Numbered from the stretch's first letter, positions 52,648-63,047 are shown. The stretch is DNA of 64,000 bases from an uncultured Gammaproteobacteria bacterium (GCA_964428655.1 CAYRYE010000001.1:9328-73327), one strand, 5' to 3'. The notes: generated from the sequence alone by a model not told the origin. A program made the numbers and translations.

Positions 52648-54552
52648 ATGGGGGAACGAGATGAAATGCACATGATGGAAGAGGCCTCACGTCTTGGAGA
52701 ACAGTATAGGGAAATTGCATATGAGGGAATAATCTACGAAGAGAGAATTTTAGAGGCTTTAAAGTGGAAAACTGCAGAACAAGTTAATCTTGGGTGGTTG
52801 GAGGAAGTTATAGACGAGGGTCTTGCCTATCAAATGGGCAGATTGACAGAGAGATATGGCTACACTCTAAGTTCCGATGGTCCAGCCGCTTGGGAGTTAA
52901 CGAGACTGACAAGATTATTTTGTACTGTCGAGGAAGCCAGAGACAGGCCGATTACCAAAATTGCTGCGGCGGTAACAAGGGCGACTTTAGAAAATCTTGA
53001 CCGCCTAGGAAGAGACGAAATTGCGGGTTTCGATGGTGATGAAGCCGGGGAGGAAGACGGAGAAAAGTCAGGGCTTCAGTGGTATGATGTTTTGGCAGTT
53101 TCAGAAGCGGAAAGGGATAATCCCAAGTATGATGGCTGGCGAAGTCTGACAGCCAAAGAAGCTTTTAGGTTTAAATTATATGAGCTTCATGCTCGAGCAA
53201 CAGCAATTTTAAACATTACTACGGTTGACCAACAAGTTATGTTAGCTGCTGATGATGCTCAGGCTATGGTTGATTTGGTTTTAAGACAAAAGGATCTTCA
53301 TTTTCTAGACACTATTACTCCTGATTCCATGGTTTGGAAAGCTGCTTTTTCTGGTGAGTGGGGAGAGAAAGTTGATAGGGCTTTGTGGTTGATTGATGTG
53401 GTAGGAAGAGAAGGTTTTAGGTATGTTGATGAAAATAAAGAGAGTCGACATCTCAAAAAACCTTTTGCCGACAGTAAGGAATTTTCTGACGAAAGGGTCT
53501 TTGCCAATTTCATGAAAAGACTATATAAAGCTGCCGGTCGGGATATGAGTGCTGCTTTGTTTGCTTGGCAATTAGCTCGTGGTGTTTGGGGCATAATTGG
53601 CGAGTACGGATATACTGTAAAGGAGGAAGAAAAAAATGTTTGGAATCATAAGGGTGAACATTTAGGGAAGAAGAAAGTTAAAGTTCATAAAATTGGCGAT
53701 TCTCCATTTGTAACTAATCACCAAACTTGGACAATGCATACAGGCGCAAAAAGAGCGGCTGAATGGGGAATAACATGTTATGACCAAGTTGCTCATCCCC
53801 GAGGTGAGGAATTTCCTTTTCTTACTACCTATAGATTTGCTTTAGGTGGTTCTTTTGTTTCTCATGCGGGTTTGCCTTATTCTTTAGGTATTACAAAAGA
53901 TAAGGAATTGCTACAATTGCTACCCTCTTATTTAAAATCGGCAAAAATTGATTATGAAGGAAAGAAAGTTAGTCTTTACGATCTTTGGTCCGGGGAAATT
54001 ACAGGCAAAAGGATTCCTTTAGGTAAGTTGCCCTGGGGTGAAACACAAAGGGTTGAAACTGGTACTGATGAATCACTGCCTCTTGCCTCATTTGGCTTAT
54101 GGAGGTCTCTTCACTCGCGCGCTTTAGCAGTGGTTACCAAGCTGTTAAGAGGAAATCCACCGCTAAGAGATCTTACTTCAGAAGAATTTTGGCAAGGTTC
54201 AGTTTTTAGGCATCTTGCAAAAGTAACTCCAATTAATAATATTCCTGGCGACAGTGAGTATACCAAGCCTTCTGAGAGCTTTAGAACCAGACTGGTGTTA
54301 AGCTGGATATTAGCGAGAAGACCGTCCCTTTCCACAGACAAGGGATTGCTTGTTTTTCACTATGTTCACCCAGATGAACAATGGAAGGGCGTAAATGCTG
54401 ATGATTCGCCAGTCTCAGTAGCTAGAATACTCTGGCACGCGGTAAACACAAGCTTTCTTCGAGATAAAGACTTTGATTGGATAATGGAACAAGTGAAGGA
54501 GGTAGTTACTCTCACCCACGGAGAAAAGGCAGCCTTCTACAAAAAATCTTGA
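52648..54552 (+). CDS. Hypothetical protein (634 aa)
   Basis: Long clean ORF with no recognised motif. Confidence 0.75.
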   Translation: MGERDEMHMMEEASRLGEQYREIAYEGIIYEERILEALKWKTAEQVNLGWLEEVIDEGLAYQMGRLTERYGYTLSSDGPAAWELTRLTRLFCTVEEARDRPITKIAAAVTRATLENLDRLGRDEIAGFDGDEAGEEDGEKSGLQWYDVLAVSEAERDNPKYDGWRSLTAKEAFRFKLYELHARATAILNITTVDQQVMLAADDAQAMVDLVLRQKDLHFLDTITPDSMVWKAAFSGEWGEKVDRALWLIDVVGREGFRYVDENKESRHLKKPFADSKEFSDERVFANFMKRLYKAAGRDMSAALFAWQLARGVWGIIGEYGYTVKEEEKNVWNHKGEHLGKKKVKVHKIGDSPFVTNHQTWTMHTGAKRAAEWGITCYDQVAHPRGEEFPFLTTYRFALGGSFVSHAGLPYSLGITKDKELLQLLPSYLKSAKIDYEGKKVSLYDLWSGEITGKRIPLGKLPWGETQRVETGTDESLPLASFGLWRSLHSRALAVVTKLLRGNPPLRDLTSEEFWQGSVFRHLAKVTPINNIPGDSEYTKPSESFRTRLVLSWILARRPSLSTDKGLLVFHYVHPDEQWKGVNADDSPVSVARILWHAVNTSFLRDKDFDWIMEQVKEVVTLTHGEKAAFYKKS

Positions 54553-54588
54553 GGAGTTTTTTAAGGAAGTAAAGTAAATGGTTTAATT

Positions 54589-56112
54589 TTATCTACCTTG
54601 TAGTTTCCTTAGGAGTGCTTCGTATAAGACATCTATGCCTTTCGCTGGCCCTCCTTTAGTCACAACTTCGCTACCACTACCTTTCTTTTCATATCCCAAT
54701 CGTTGTCCGTATTTACCTCTTGCTATAGCTGACCTTACTGATGGAGCGGCACCCATGAGTCCGTATTTAGCACCTGTTTTAACTGGCCCGAATGCCTCGC
54801 CGATGGCGGTGCCAAATCCTGGATCTTTTATTCCCATGGCGTTTCTTATTATATCAGGAATTTGGGCTAAAATTAACAAAAATCCCATGCCGATGATGGT
54901 TTTGATGAAAAACGCAGATCTGGAACCGGTTACGTCTAACAGGGGAGCGGCCCACATTGATTCTAAATTAGCTGATTGAAGAATAAAGACACCAATCATA
55001 GACACAACGACTACTGCCGGAAAAATTAGAATTTCAGCAAAGATTCCCTTTATCCAAGTGCCGAACCCACCGGCTTGGAAACCAGGGATGGCCCCCATCA
55101 TTATCTGGAGCGGTCCTATGATAACAGCAAAAATAATTTTTATATATGCTTTAGTTAGTCCAAATAATAATTTAAAAAGCAAAAACAAAGCGATAACTGT
55201 CCAAATTAACATTATCAAGGCTGGTCCAGCAAGTAAGCCGATAGCAGCTCCAATCAAAAATTGTCCTCCTATGAGGGTACCGATGACAGTGCCAACAACG
55301 CCGCCAAGAGCTGTTGCAAGTACGAATATACCATTTCCTGCATTAGTAACGGAAAAAAACATTGGCAAAAGAGCGAAAAAGCCGCTATTAATGACTCTGG
55401 TAGGCGTGACCTCGCCTAGTTTCACCGGGCCCAATTGAAACAGTACTGGTTCAATGCCGCCTGTTTTTAAAACTGTAATCCCAAGGGCTATTAAGACATA
55501 CATTAGATCAATCAAAAATCCGGCGATGGCGTAGGAGAAGGTGACTAAAATCAAGGCGCCGATGATTTTGGGCAAAGCGTTTTCAATGGTGATGACAGCT
55601 TGGGGCGATATTTTTACCCGGAACATAATCGCTAGACCGATGCCAACAAAGATAAGAGTAAAAAGAACATAAGTAACATTTCTAAAAGCTTTCCAAATAG
55701 GCAGGATTGGCTGTAAACCGGTGAAACCAACTCCTTGAGCGTAGGCTGGCGCCGCTCCCAAACGATGTAAAACATCATAGGCATAGTAAACTCCTGAAGC
55801 CGGTGGATTAGCGTAAACAGCGCCAATTAAATTAGTGGTGAATTGAAGAGCGCCTATTTCCTGTTTTATTTTTCCTGATTGGGTTCCTTCAGGTGAACCT
55901 TCTCCAGTTCCAGCCATGTTTTTCAAAAAGCCAAAAACAGTATCACTTAAAGTATGTTCATGAAGTCCTTCAGCCGTTAATTTATCTTTATTATTTAAAT
56001 AGTCTTCGTAGCTTGAAGCAGCAAAGGTGAGTTTGAGAGAACCAGCAATAAGAACGCTGAAACAAAAAAATAAGAAGCTTAAACTGATGATTTTCTTTGC
56101 TTTTCTATTCAT
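54589..56112 (-). CDS. VirB6/TrbL-like polytopic T4SS membrane protein
   Basis: W...RN.TY, LPKII.ALILVTFSYAIAGFLIDL, many TM segments; lies in the pilin operon. Confidence 0.72.
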   Translation of the reverse strand: MNRKAKKIISLSFLFFCFSVLIAGSLKLTFAASSYEDYLNNKDKLTAEGLHEHTLSDTVFGFLKNMAGTGEGSPEGTQSGKIKQEIGALQFTTNLIGAVYANPPASGVYYAYDVLHRLGAAPAYAQGVGFTGLQPILPIWKAFRNVTYVLFTLIFVGIGLAIMFRVKISPQAVITIENALPKIIGALILVTFSYAIAGFLIDLMYVLIALGITVLKTGGIEPVLFQLGPVKLGEVTPTRVINSGFFALLPMFFSVTNAGNGIFVLATALGGVVGTVIGTLIGGQFLIGAAIGLLAGPALIMLIWTVIALFLLFKLLFGLTKAYIKIIFAVIIGPLQIMMGAIPGFQAGGFGTWIKGIFAEILIFPAVVVVSMIGVFILQSANLESMWAAPLLDVTGSRSAFFIKTIIGMGFLLILAQIPDIIRNAMGIKDPGFGTAIGEAFGPVKTGAKYGLMGAAPSVRSAIARGKYGQRLGYEKKGSGSEVVTKGGPAKGIDVLYEALLRKLQGR

Positions 56113-56154
56113 CTATCTCTGTTGATTATAATTTTCTATTTTCTTCCGGTCAAG

Positions 56155-58932
56155 TTATAAAGGCGACCCCTGCCATTCGGCAGGAGTATTGTATAAACTC
56201 CATAATTTTTTAGTTAATTCCAGACTGCCTCCCGGAGCATAAAGTTTTCTCCCTTCATCTCTTTGTATATCTGTATGGCCGCTAATAGCGTCTGGTTTTT
56301 CAAGCCAATGTTTCTCCTCATCTATGGACTCCAGTGAGGAACCCCCGCCGGTTCCGTTAAATTTAGCTTCTATCGGCAAATTTTTGGCGTTGACTTTTTT
56401 ACCGTTAGCCTCTTCAATTTCATATACAAGTTGGTCTGCAATCTCTCCAATTTGGAGTCCGAAAAGATAATTTGTACATTGAAGGACTTTATTATAATTA
56501 GTGACATAAAGAGTATCTCGGGAGGTGACTCTTGCTTCTGCAGTACAACGATTAGGAACATCTTCGTCATTGTAATTAACAGAACAATTGTCCACTTTGA
56601 ATGAATCAGGGAATAGTAGATTTCTTGCTTCCCTAGCCAAACCAGTTGGATTGTCGTAATCTTCATTGGCTTTATTGGTAGTCGGTCCGTTGGCTTTTAC
56701 TCCTTTACCGAGATCGCAGGGGAAATAGAAACGGCTTCTATCTGTTTCTGAAAGACTGGTGTGCAGCTCGGCTGGCAAGCTCATACCTGCCATTCTCGAA
56801 CAGGCTTCGACAGCGCCAAGAGCGTTGGGGATAAAAAGTTTTGCTACCTGGCAAATCTGGCATTGATCATCAACGTCGGTTATAAAGCTGTTTCTTATTG
56901 GTTCGTCGTTGACTTTGACAGGCAATACCCGGTACCTTTGTTGTGGACTTAACTGACCAAAATAACTGCTAAAAACCTCATTGCCTTCTTCTCTTTTACA
57001 TTTACTTTCTTTTGTAGGGTAGCAGGATTCAAGGTAAACCGGCAGATCAGAGTGGCTAATTCCTCCATCTATAGTCATCTGAGCCCAAGTATAAAAGCCA
57101 TAAAGAGCCGCATCCATAGTTTTCGGTATCAAACAAGCCCACTGAGGTGTGTGGGCACACATTGCTTCATAATTTAAATCATTTTCTATAAAATGTTGTT
57201 CATTACAACAATACAGAAGACTTGGTCTAACGGGAATAGGATTGGATGTACACCCGTCAACATTGACTCTGTCAATTCTTCCATCGTCCATTTTTTCAGT
57301 AAAGTCTTTTTCCAACAACATTCCTTTTCCTTCGCAGATCCAAAACAACGGTCGGTCAAAAAGAGCTGTTTCATTCCTTTGTTGAGGAGATCTTGGATCG
57401 TCTGATACTGCCGCCCAAAGTAAGTCATTAGTGATCCAATCAGTGCCTAACTCTCTATATTTCGGCCCAGAAATATATTTACTGGCAAATCCGGTTAAAC
57501 GTTGACTTCTTCTTTTAGCTAGTTCTTCCCAACCGCCTTCTTTGAAAACATCAACGTAGGGCATGTTTCCTCCATAAGCAGAACCAGTATACCAATCAAT
57601 TATTTCTTGAAAGACTTTTAAACCGGCAAAAACATGATGATGGATGGAGAGTTGGTTTATTAGTTCAATAGAGAGTTCAGAGGAATGATGGGTGGGGAAA
57701 AATTTGAACTGGTGGGTAATTATGTTTGATGAGGGGACACAGAATTCAGCCATTCCGTTGTTGAATTCTATAGCCCTTTTATATAATGCGTAATTAATAT
57801 TTGGATCTTCTCCCGGATAGGTATTGTCTTTATCGGAAGGTACCCAATCCAGGCTCCAGGGAAGACGAAACAGATTTCCTAGCCCAGGAATAAAGCTGAA
57901 GAGTCTTTGGAGCAAAGAAGGCTCGTTATTCGGAGTTGAATTACCAGGAAACCAGTTGCGGTTTACTTTAGCCTCGTCCCAGGAAGCTTCTCTGGTTGAG
58001 CGGTTGAGAGCGCCTTCAACCAGACTGCGAAGGGACGGTTTACCTCCGCTTTTGCAGGTGTCGCAGTGGCAATCTCCTTTCAAGGCGTCAATGACACAGT
58101 CAGCATCCCAAAGATTCCATGATCCGCTGTAATCACCAGGAGCAAAAGAAAAAATTGCCCAGCCAATGATATTCTGAGATTGCCAGAAATCAACTACTGT
58201 TTGGCCGTCGGCGCCGGCGCAATACATATTACAGAGGTCATTTTCTTGATAGGTTGGCGGACCGCTTTCACCATTTTCCAAGGCGCCGGTTTCGGTTAGA
58301 ACTACTGGCAGAGAGCCAGCTCCCCTAACTCCCAGTTCACCTAGCTTATTCCGGTAATTTCTAGCCATGCCCGGAGAATAAATATGCATGGAAATAACAG
58401 AGTAGGGGATATTTTCTAACAAGCCAACCATCGTTGGAGTATTTGGATGGTATGGATCCCAAGCCGGTGAGGTTAAAATGGCATTGGAAGGCAAAACACT
58501 AGCCAAAGTATTAATATATTTTTTTACTCTACTACCACATTCTTGTAAAGATAAATTGCCGCATTCAGTGTCCAATCGGGCTGGTTCGTTCCAGGGTTCA
58601 AAATAGACTGTTTTATTAATTTTCTTTAAAAAATTAGCCCAGATATTGGCTGCCTCTTGAGGATTATTAAGCATTTTATCGCCTATTGGCAGCCAGTGGC
58701 TGTGGCCGCGGATAACCCAATTAAAGGAGGAAGAGTTGATTACATTAACCAACGCATCGCTTTTAGGATCGGCGGCAACGACTACCAAGGCTCCGTCGCC
58801 AAAATGCTCTTGGATTTTATTAATAGTATTTCCACTCCAATCATTAATAATATTGACATAGGCAAAAGTTTTAACAACAGATAACAGGTAACAGGTGGTA
58901 ATGGAAAGTAGGAAGATTGAAAACTTTTTCAT
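56155..58932 (-). CDS. Secreted Cys-rich protein with N-terminal clan GH-A-like glycoside hydrolase domain
   Basis: Signal peptide; FEPWNEP, SMHIY and VLTETG. Confidence 0.6.
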   Translation of the reverse strand: MKKFSIFLLSITTCYLLSVVKTFAYVNIINDWSGNTINKIQEHFGDGALVVVAADPKSDALVNVINSSSFNWVIRGHSHWLPIGDKMLNNPQEAANIWANFLKKINKTVYFEPWNEPARLDTECGNLSLQECGSRVKKYINTLASVLPSNAILTSPAWDPYHPNTPTMVGLLENIPYSVISMHIYSPGMARNYRNKLGELGVRGAGSLPVVLTETGALENGESGPPTYQENDLCNMYCAGADGQTVVDFWQSQNIIGWAIFSFAPGDYSGSWNLWDADCVIDALKGDCHCDTCKSGGKPSLRSLVEGALNRSTREASWDEAKVNRNWFPGNSTPNNEPSLLQRLFSFIPGLGNLFRLPWSLDWVPSDKDNTYPGEDPNINYALYKRAIEFNNGMAEFCVPSSNIITHQFKFFPTHHSSELSIELINQLSIHHHVFAGLKVFQEIIDWYTGSAYGGNMPYVDVFKEGGWEELAKRRSQRLTGFASKYISGPKYRELGTDWITNDLLWAAVSDDPRSPQQRNETALFDRPLFWICEGKGMLLEKDFTEKMDDGRIDRVNVDGCTSNPIPVRPSLLYCCNEQHFIENDLNYEAMCAHTPQWACLIPKTMDAALYGFYTWAQMTIDGGISHSDLPVYLESCYPTKESKCKREEGNEVFSSYFGQLSPQQRYRVLPVKVNDEPIRNSFITDVDDQCQICQVAKLFIPNALGAVEACSRMAGMSLPAELHTSLSETDRSRFYFPCDLGKGVKANGPTTNKANEDYDNPTGLAREARNLLFPDSFKVDNCSVNYNDEDVPNRCTAEARVTSRDTLYVTNYNKVLQCTNYLFGLQIGEIADQLVYEIEEANGKKVNAKNLPIEAKFNGTGGGSSLESIDEEKHWLEKPDAISGHTDIQRDEGRKLYAPGGSLELTKKLWSLYNTPAEWQGSPL

Positions 58933-59300
58933 GGTCCTGGGATTTTAAACTCAGTGACATTTGCTCCGGTGAACTCTTTAATCAAAATCAAGATAAACCA
59001 GCCAGCAATAGTTAAAACTAAACCGATTATGGCAGTGGTAAGAGTGTTTTTAGCTGACTGTAATCCCTTTTGTTCACCACCAGCAAAGATTAATTTAAAA
59101 CCACCAACAATCAGCATTGCTCCAAAAGCCAAGCCGGCGATGGTAGTGGCTATTCTCAAAATGTTGATAAATAGACACTGAAAACCTTGAAGGGTGGCAA
59201 CAGTGGGGTCGGTAGCACTAACACAGTCTCCACTCCAAAATACGGGATCAGCTGCAAAAACTGGTCCCCAAAAGACAATTCTTTTCTTGAGATAATTCAC
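58929..59300 (-). CDS. VirB2/TrbC-like pilin
   Basis: GGFKLIFAGGEQKGLQSAKNTLTTAIIGL. Confidence 0.8.
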   Translation of the reverse strand: MNYLKKRIVFWGPVFAADPVFWSGDCVSATDPTVATLQGFQCLFINILRIATTIAGLAFGAMLIVGGFKLIFAGGEQKGLQSAKNTLTTAIIGLVLTIAGWFILILIKEFTGANVTEFKIPGP

Positions 59301-59303
59301 TGT

Positions 59304-59669
59304 TTATCCTTGCAGACTGGGAATTTCTAGTTGCAGAATATTGATTCCAAACAGAGCTTCAATCAATTTTATAATTGCCCAGGCAACGAAAATAATGGCC
59401 AAACCAATCAAAGCATGAGTGATTTGGTTTCGGGCATTTTCGACCTCTGTCTTATCACCTTTAGACGTGATCCATCGAACTCCGCCCCAGATCAAAATGG
59501 CAAAAAATACCAAGGCGACAATAACCAAGACCAATCGGATCAATCCAGAAACAACACTGGCAATTGTTAAACCGCCAAGAGCACTAAATTGTCCTCCAGG
59601 AGAAATATCAATTGGTTCTTGGGCCCAAGCGGGTTTTGCTATTAGAGCCATTAGTTTTTCCATGTTCAC
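59304..59669 (-). CDS. VirB2/TrbC-like pilin
   Basis: GGVRWITSKGDKTEVENARNQITHALIGL; strong SD AAAGGAGGTG. Confidence 0.82.
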   Translation of the reverse strand: MNMEKLMALIAKPAWAQEPIDISPGGQFSALGGLTIASVVSGLIRLVLVIVALVFFAILIWGGVRWITSKGDKTEVENARNQITHALIGLAIIFVAWAIIKLIEALFGINILQLEIPSLQG

Positions 59670-59706
59670 CTCCTTTCAAGAATGCGACATACAACAATTT
59701 TATAAA

Positions 59707-60045
59707 TTATAATTGTGGTAGAGTAATTTGCAGGTTCTCAAATCCACTTAAACCGAAAACAAATCCAATTATTCTAATAATAGCAAAGATGGAAAAAACA
59801 ACCAAGAGGCCAACAAGAGCAAAAGTTAGCTGTTTTTGGGCTTCTTCAATTTTGTTTTTCTCTCCCTGACTATTGATCCACTTAAGTCCTCCCAGTAAAA
59901 AGTGAACTAGGAAGAAAAAGAAGCCGACGATAATTAACCAATGAATAAGAAACGGCAGAGCGCGATTGAAAAAATCAACACCTTCTAAATTTTTTACTGA
60001 GTCTTTTAAAACCGGATTTTCTAACCCTTGGGCAAAGATTTTCAT
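59707..60045 (-). CDS. VirB2/TrbC-like pilin
   Basis: GGLKWINSQGEKNKIEEAQKQLTFALVGL. Confidence 0.8.
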   Translation of the reverse strand: MKIFAQGLENPVLKDSVKNLEGVDFFNRALPFLIHWLIIVGFFFFLVHFLLGGLKWINSQGEKNKIEEAQKQLTFALVGLLVVFSIFAIIRIIGFVFGLSGFENLQITLPQL

Positions 60046-60047
60046 CT

Positions 60048-60434
60048 CTATGGCGTTAACCTATTAATTGCTCCTGGAATATCCAGGAAATCAACATGCA
60101 GTAAATGGCCAACTAAAGATAGTAAGAAAATAGCGGCAATAACGACGGCAAGACCGATTAGTGAATTGGTAATTTTCTTTTGAGCGTCTTGAATTTTCTG
60201 AGCTTCGCCGCCGGCGGAAACCAAGTTGTAGCCAGCGATAATGATTTGAACAATGAACCAAATCCCGGCAACAGTAGTCATCAAACCAATGACAATGGAG
60301 ACAGCTCTGCTGAACATTTTTCCTCCCTCGCCAGCCCCTTCTCCTTCAAGTCCGAGAGGTCCAATTCCTCTTAACGGTGGTAAGTCCTTAGGAACTTGGG
60401 CTAAAACTGATTTGGTAATTTTACTGAGGTCCAT
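60048..60434 (-). CDS. VirB2/TrbC-like pilin
   Basis: AGYNLVSAGGEAQKIQDAQKKITNSLIGL; start taken at MDLSK. Confidence 0.8.
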   Translation of the reverse strand: MDLSKITKSVLAQVPKDLPPLRGIGPLGLEGEGAGEGGKMFSRAVSIVIGLMTTVAGIWFIVQIIIAGYNLVSAGGEAQKIQDAQKKITNSLIGLAVVIAAIFLLSLVGHLLHVDFLDIPGAINRLTP

Positions 60435-60801
60435 AGATTTTTGGTAACAAAATTGCGTCCCAATTCCCAAAAATTAAACGTCCGAAAATTGCTGCTAGAG
60501 TAAACGATCCGGCTGCCACCAGCAATCCAAGTGAGCTTAACCAAATTTTAGCCCAAGCGTTGGTGATTTTCTGAGCATCACCGTTGGCGCTCATGAAGCC
60601 ATAACCGGCAATAATAAAATTAAGAAGAGCAAAAATGCCGGCCCCAACAACTAAAAGTTTAAGGATATTATTAAGAAATGTAATCAGACCCTCACCTCCC
60701 GTTCCGGAGTACTTATCTACCCCGGGAGGGGGTTTAATCTGGCCAAAAAAGTTGGCGGCTAGAGCCGGTTGGTTAAAAAGGCGCTTCAAGGATATTGACA
60801 C
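60421..60801 (-). CDS. VirB2/TrbC-like pilin
   Basis: AGYGFMSANGDAQKITNAWAKIWLSSLGL. Confidence 0.8.
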   Translation of the reverse strand: MSISLKRLFNQPALAANFFGQIKPPPGVDKYSGTGGEGLITFLNNILKLLVVGAGIFALLNFIIAGYGFMSANGDAQKITNAWAKIWLSSLGLLVAAGSFTLAAIFGRLIFGNWDAILLPKIYGPQ

Positions 60802-61084
60802 CAGTGATTACTTGAATTAATTGAATAACAAAATAACTGACAAAAATAACAACAAATCCGGCAACAGCAGATGTAACAGCCTTTTGTCCTTTTTGTACTT
60901 TACTGCTGTCTTGGTTTCCTGCTCCGATGATAATGCTAATGCCGCCAAAAATCAAGAGAAAAAGAAAAATTATGCCCGCCAGTCCGTAAATATTAAAAAG
61001 AATGGTTGAAAAAAATTCACCCAGGGTGCCAAATTTATCAGCAACTCCGTATTCTTTACCAATATCAACGGCAAAAACTTGCAT
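60773..61084 (-). CDS. VirB2/TrbC-like pilin
   Basis: GGISIIIGAGNQDSSKVQKGQKAVTSAVAGF; start taken at MQVFAV. Confidence 0.8.
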   Translation of the reverse strand: MQVFAVDIGKEYGVADKFGTLGEFFSTILFNIYGLAGIIFLFLLIFGGISIIIGAGNQDSSKVQKGQKAVTSAVAGFVVIFVSYFVIQLIQVITGVNILEAPF

Positions 61085-61161
61085 AAAATCAGGATAACAA
61101 AAGTTGGTTAAAAAGTAAATTGCTGATATATTAGATTTTGAAGGGCATTTAAAGGGTAAAG

Positions 61162-62697
61162 ATGGAAGAAAGTAAAGAGAAAGAATTACCACAGAGAAAA
61201 CCACAAGTGGAAGCACAGGAAAAAGTTCCTCAAAAAGAGGCGCCCGGTTCTGTTCAAGAAAAACCAACTGATAGGTCAATAGATGAGGTTTTAAAAGAAG
61301 CTCGAGAGATAGCTGGTCGTAGTCAGGATCAGCCTTCATCTGGGGAGCAAATTTCATCTCCAGAACAAACATCATCTGCTGAAAAACCTCCTTGGCTGTT
61401 TATTGCTTTAGCGTTAGTAATTATCTTAATTATTGGTCTGGTAATTATTTTTTTAACCAAAGGCAAGAAGAAAACCGAGCCGATAACTTTGACCTACTGG
61501 GGCTTGTGGGAACCGGAATCGGTCGTTCAAGGGATGATTGCTGACTGGGAGAAGGATAATCCCAATATTAAGGTCCAGTATATTAAGCAAGACAAAAATG
61601 ATTATCGGGCTCGATTGCAGTCAGCTTTTTCTCGGGGTGAAGGGCCTGATATCTTTCGCTTTCACGCTACCTGGCTGCCAGTGCTTAAAAATGATCTGGC
61701 GCCTTTGCCTAACACGGTGGTTGCGTCTTTAGGATTAGACGATAATTATTTTCCGATCGTTGTTGATTTATTAAAAACAGGTGGTCAATTCTATGGTGTT
61801 CCTCTTATGATAGATACTTTAGCCCTTTATTACAATAAAGATATTTTGGATGCTGCCAATAAATCTCCACCAATAACTTGGTGGGGGTTAGAAAACCTAG
61901 CTAAAGAGTTAACAGTGAGACCTGATCAAAGAATTTCCCTGGCCGGAGTTGCCTTAGGAACAACCAATAATGTTGATCACTGGAGCGATATTATTGGTCT
62001 AATGATTTATCAAAATGGAGGCAGACCAGATGAAATCGGCGCTTTGGTGGAAGATGTTTTGAAATATTATTTAAGATTTAAAAACACAGCTAAGGTTTGG
62101 GATGAAACTTTGCCAAATTCAACTCTGGCTTTTTCCAATGGAAAGCTGGCTTTTTACTTTGGTCCGTCTTGGCGCGTTTTCAATCTCTTGGAAGCTAACC
62201 CTAACCTTAACTTTGGTATTACCACTGTGCCTCAACTGCCAAAACTAAAAGAGACTGATTGGGAGGCGGCTGAAAAAGGTGAAGAGGAATTAACCAACAT
62301 TGGCTGGGCTAGTTTTTGGACGGAGGGGGTAGCAGTTAAAAGCGAGTATCAAGAGGAAAGTTGGCTATTTTTAGAGTTTTTGGGATCAAAGGAAACTTTG
62401 CAAAAACTCTATACTGCCCAAAGCCAAATTCGTCTCTTTGGAGAGATTTATCCTAGATCTGATTTGGCTTCCAGTTTAGAGAGCGATCCTCTTATTGGAT
62501 CGTTTGTCAAGCAAGCTAAAGTGTCCCAAAGCTGGTACTTGTCTTCCTTTACTCACGATGCTATTGGAGTTAATGAAAGAATTATTAAGTATTATGAAAA
62601 TGCCATCAATGCCCTTGACCAGGGTGAGCGAGAAGAAAAGGTGTTAGAAACTTTAAACAGCGGTTTAGGACAAGTATTGGGTCAATATGGGATTTAA
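61162..62697 (+). CDS. Membrane-anchored extracellular solute-binding protein (family 1, sugar-type)
   Basis: LTYWGLWE, GPDIF, YGVPL..DTLALYYNKD and FSNGKLAFYF. Confidence 0.88.
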   Translation: MEESKEKELPQRKPQVEAQEKVPQKEAPGSVQEKPTDRSIDEVLKEAREIAGRSQDQPSSGEQISSPEQTSSAEKPPWLFIALALVIILIIGLVIIFLTKGKKKTEPITLTYWGLWEPESVVQGMIADWEKDNPNIKVQYIKQDKNDYRARLQSAFSRGEGPDIFRFHATWLPVLKNDLAPLPNTVVASLGLDDNYFPIVVDLLKTGGQFYGVPLMIDTLALYYNKDILDAANKSPPITWWGLENLAKELTVRPDQRISLAGVALGTTNNVDHWSDIIGLMIYQNGGRPDEIGALVEDVLKYYLRFKNTAKVWDETLPNSTLAFSNGKLAFYFGPSWRVFNLLEANPNLNFGITTVPQLPKLKETDWEAAEKGEEELTNIGWASFWTEGVAVKSEYQEESWLFLEFLGSKETLQKLYTAQSQIRLFGEIYPRSDLASSLESDPLIGSFVKQAKVSQSWYLSSFTHDAIGVNERIIKYYENAINALDQGEREEKVLETLNSGLGQVLGQYGI

Positions 62698-62735
62698 TTT
62701 AGGACTTGACATTCCTGTTAGAATAGTTAGTAAGA

Positions 62736-63038
62736 ATGATTTCTATAATTCCCGCACCAGGCTATATCCTTGTTGAGCCCTTAGAGCTTGAAAAGAAAAC
62801 GCTTTCGGGAATTGTCCTGCCAGAAAATATTGAAGAAAAACCTCTTAAAGGAAAAGTGATTGCTGTTGGTGAGGCGGCAGTTTCTGAATCAGGGGCAAAA
62901 ATAGAGCTTTGGAAAAAAGTTAAGAAGAGAGTGATTATTGTTTATAAAAAATGGGCTGGCAACGAATATCGGCCCAAGGGAAGTGAAAAAGATTTATTAT
63001 TCGTTAAGTTTGAAGATATTTTGGCGATCGAAGGTTAA
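62736..63038 (+). CDS. groES: Co-chaperonin GroES
   Basis: TLSGIVLP, GKVIAVG and EDILAI. Confidence 0.93.
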   Translation: MISIIPAPGYILVEPLELEKKTLSGIVLPENIEEKPLKGKVIAVGEAAVSESGAKIELWKKVKKRVIIVYKKWAGNEYRPKGSEKDLLFVKFEDILAIEG

Positions 63039-63047
63039 GGAGAGATT

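Noticed and set aside
61085-61375. 200-aa version of the first pilin ORF
   Set aside because: The extension is antisense to the solute-binding protein gene; pilin similarity begins at 61084.
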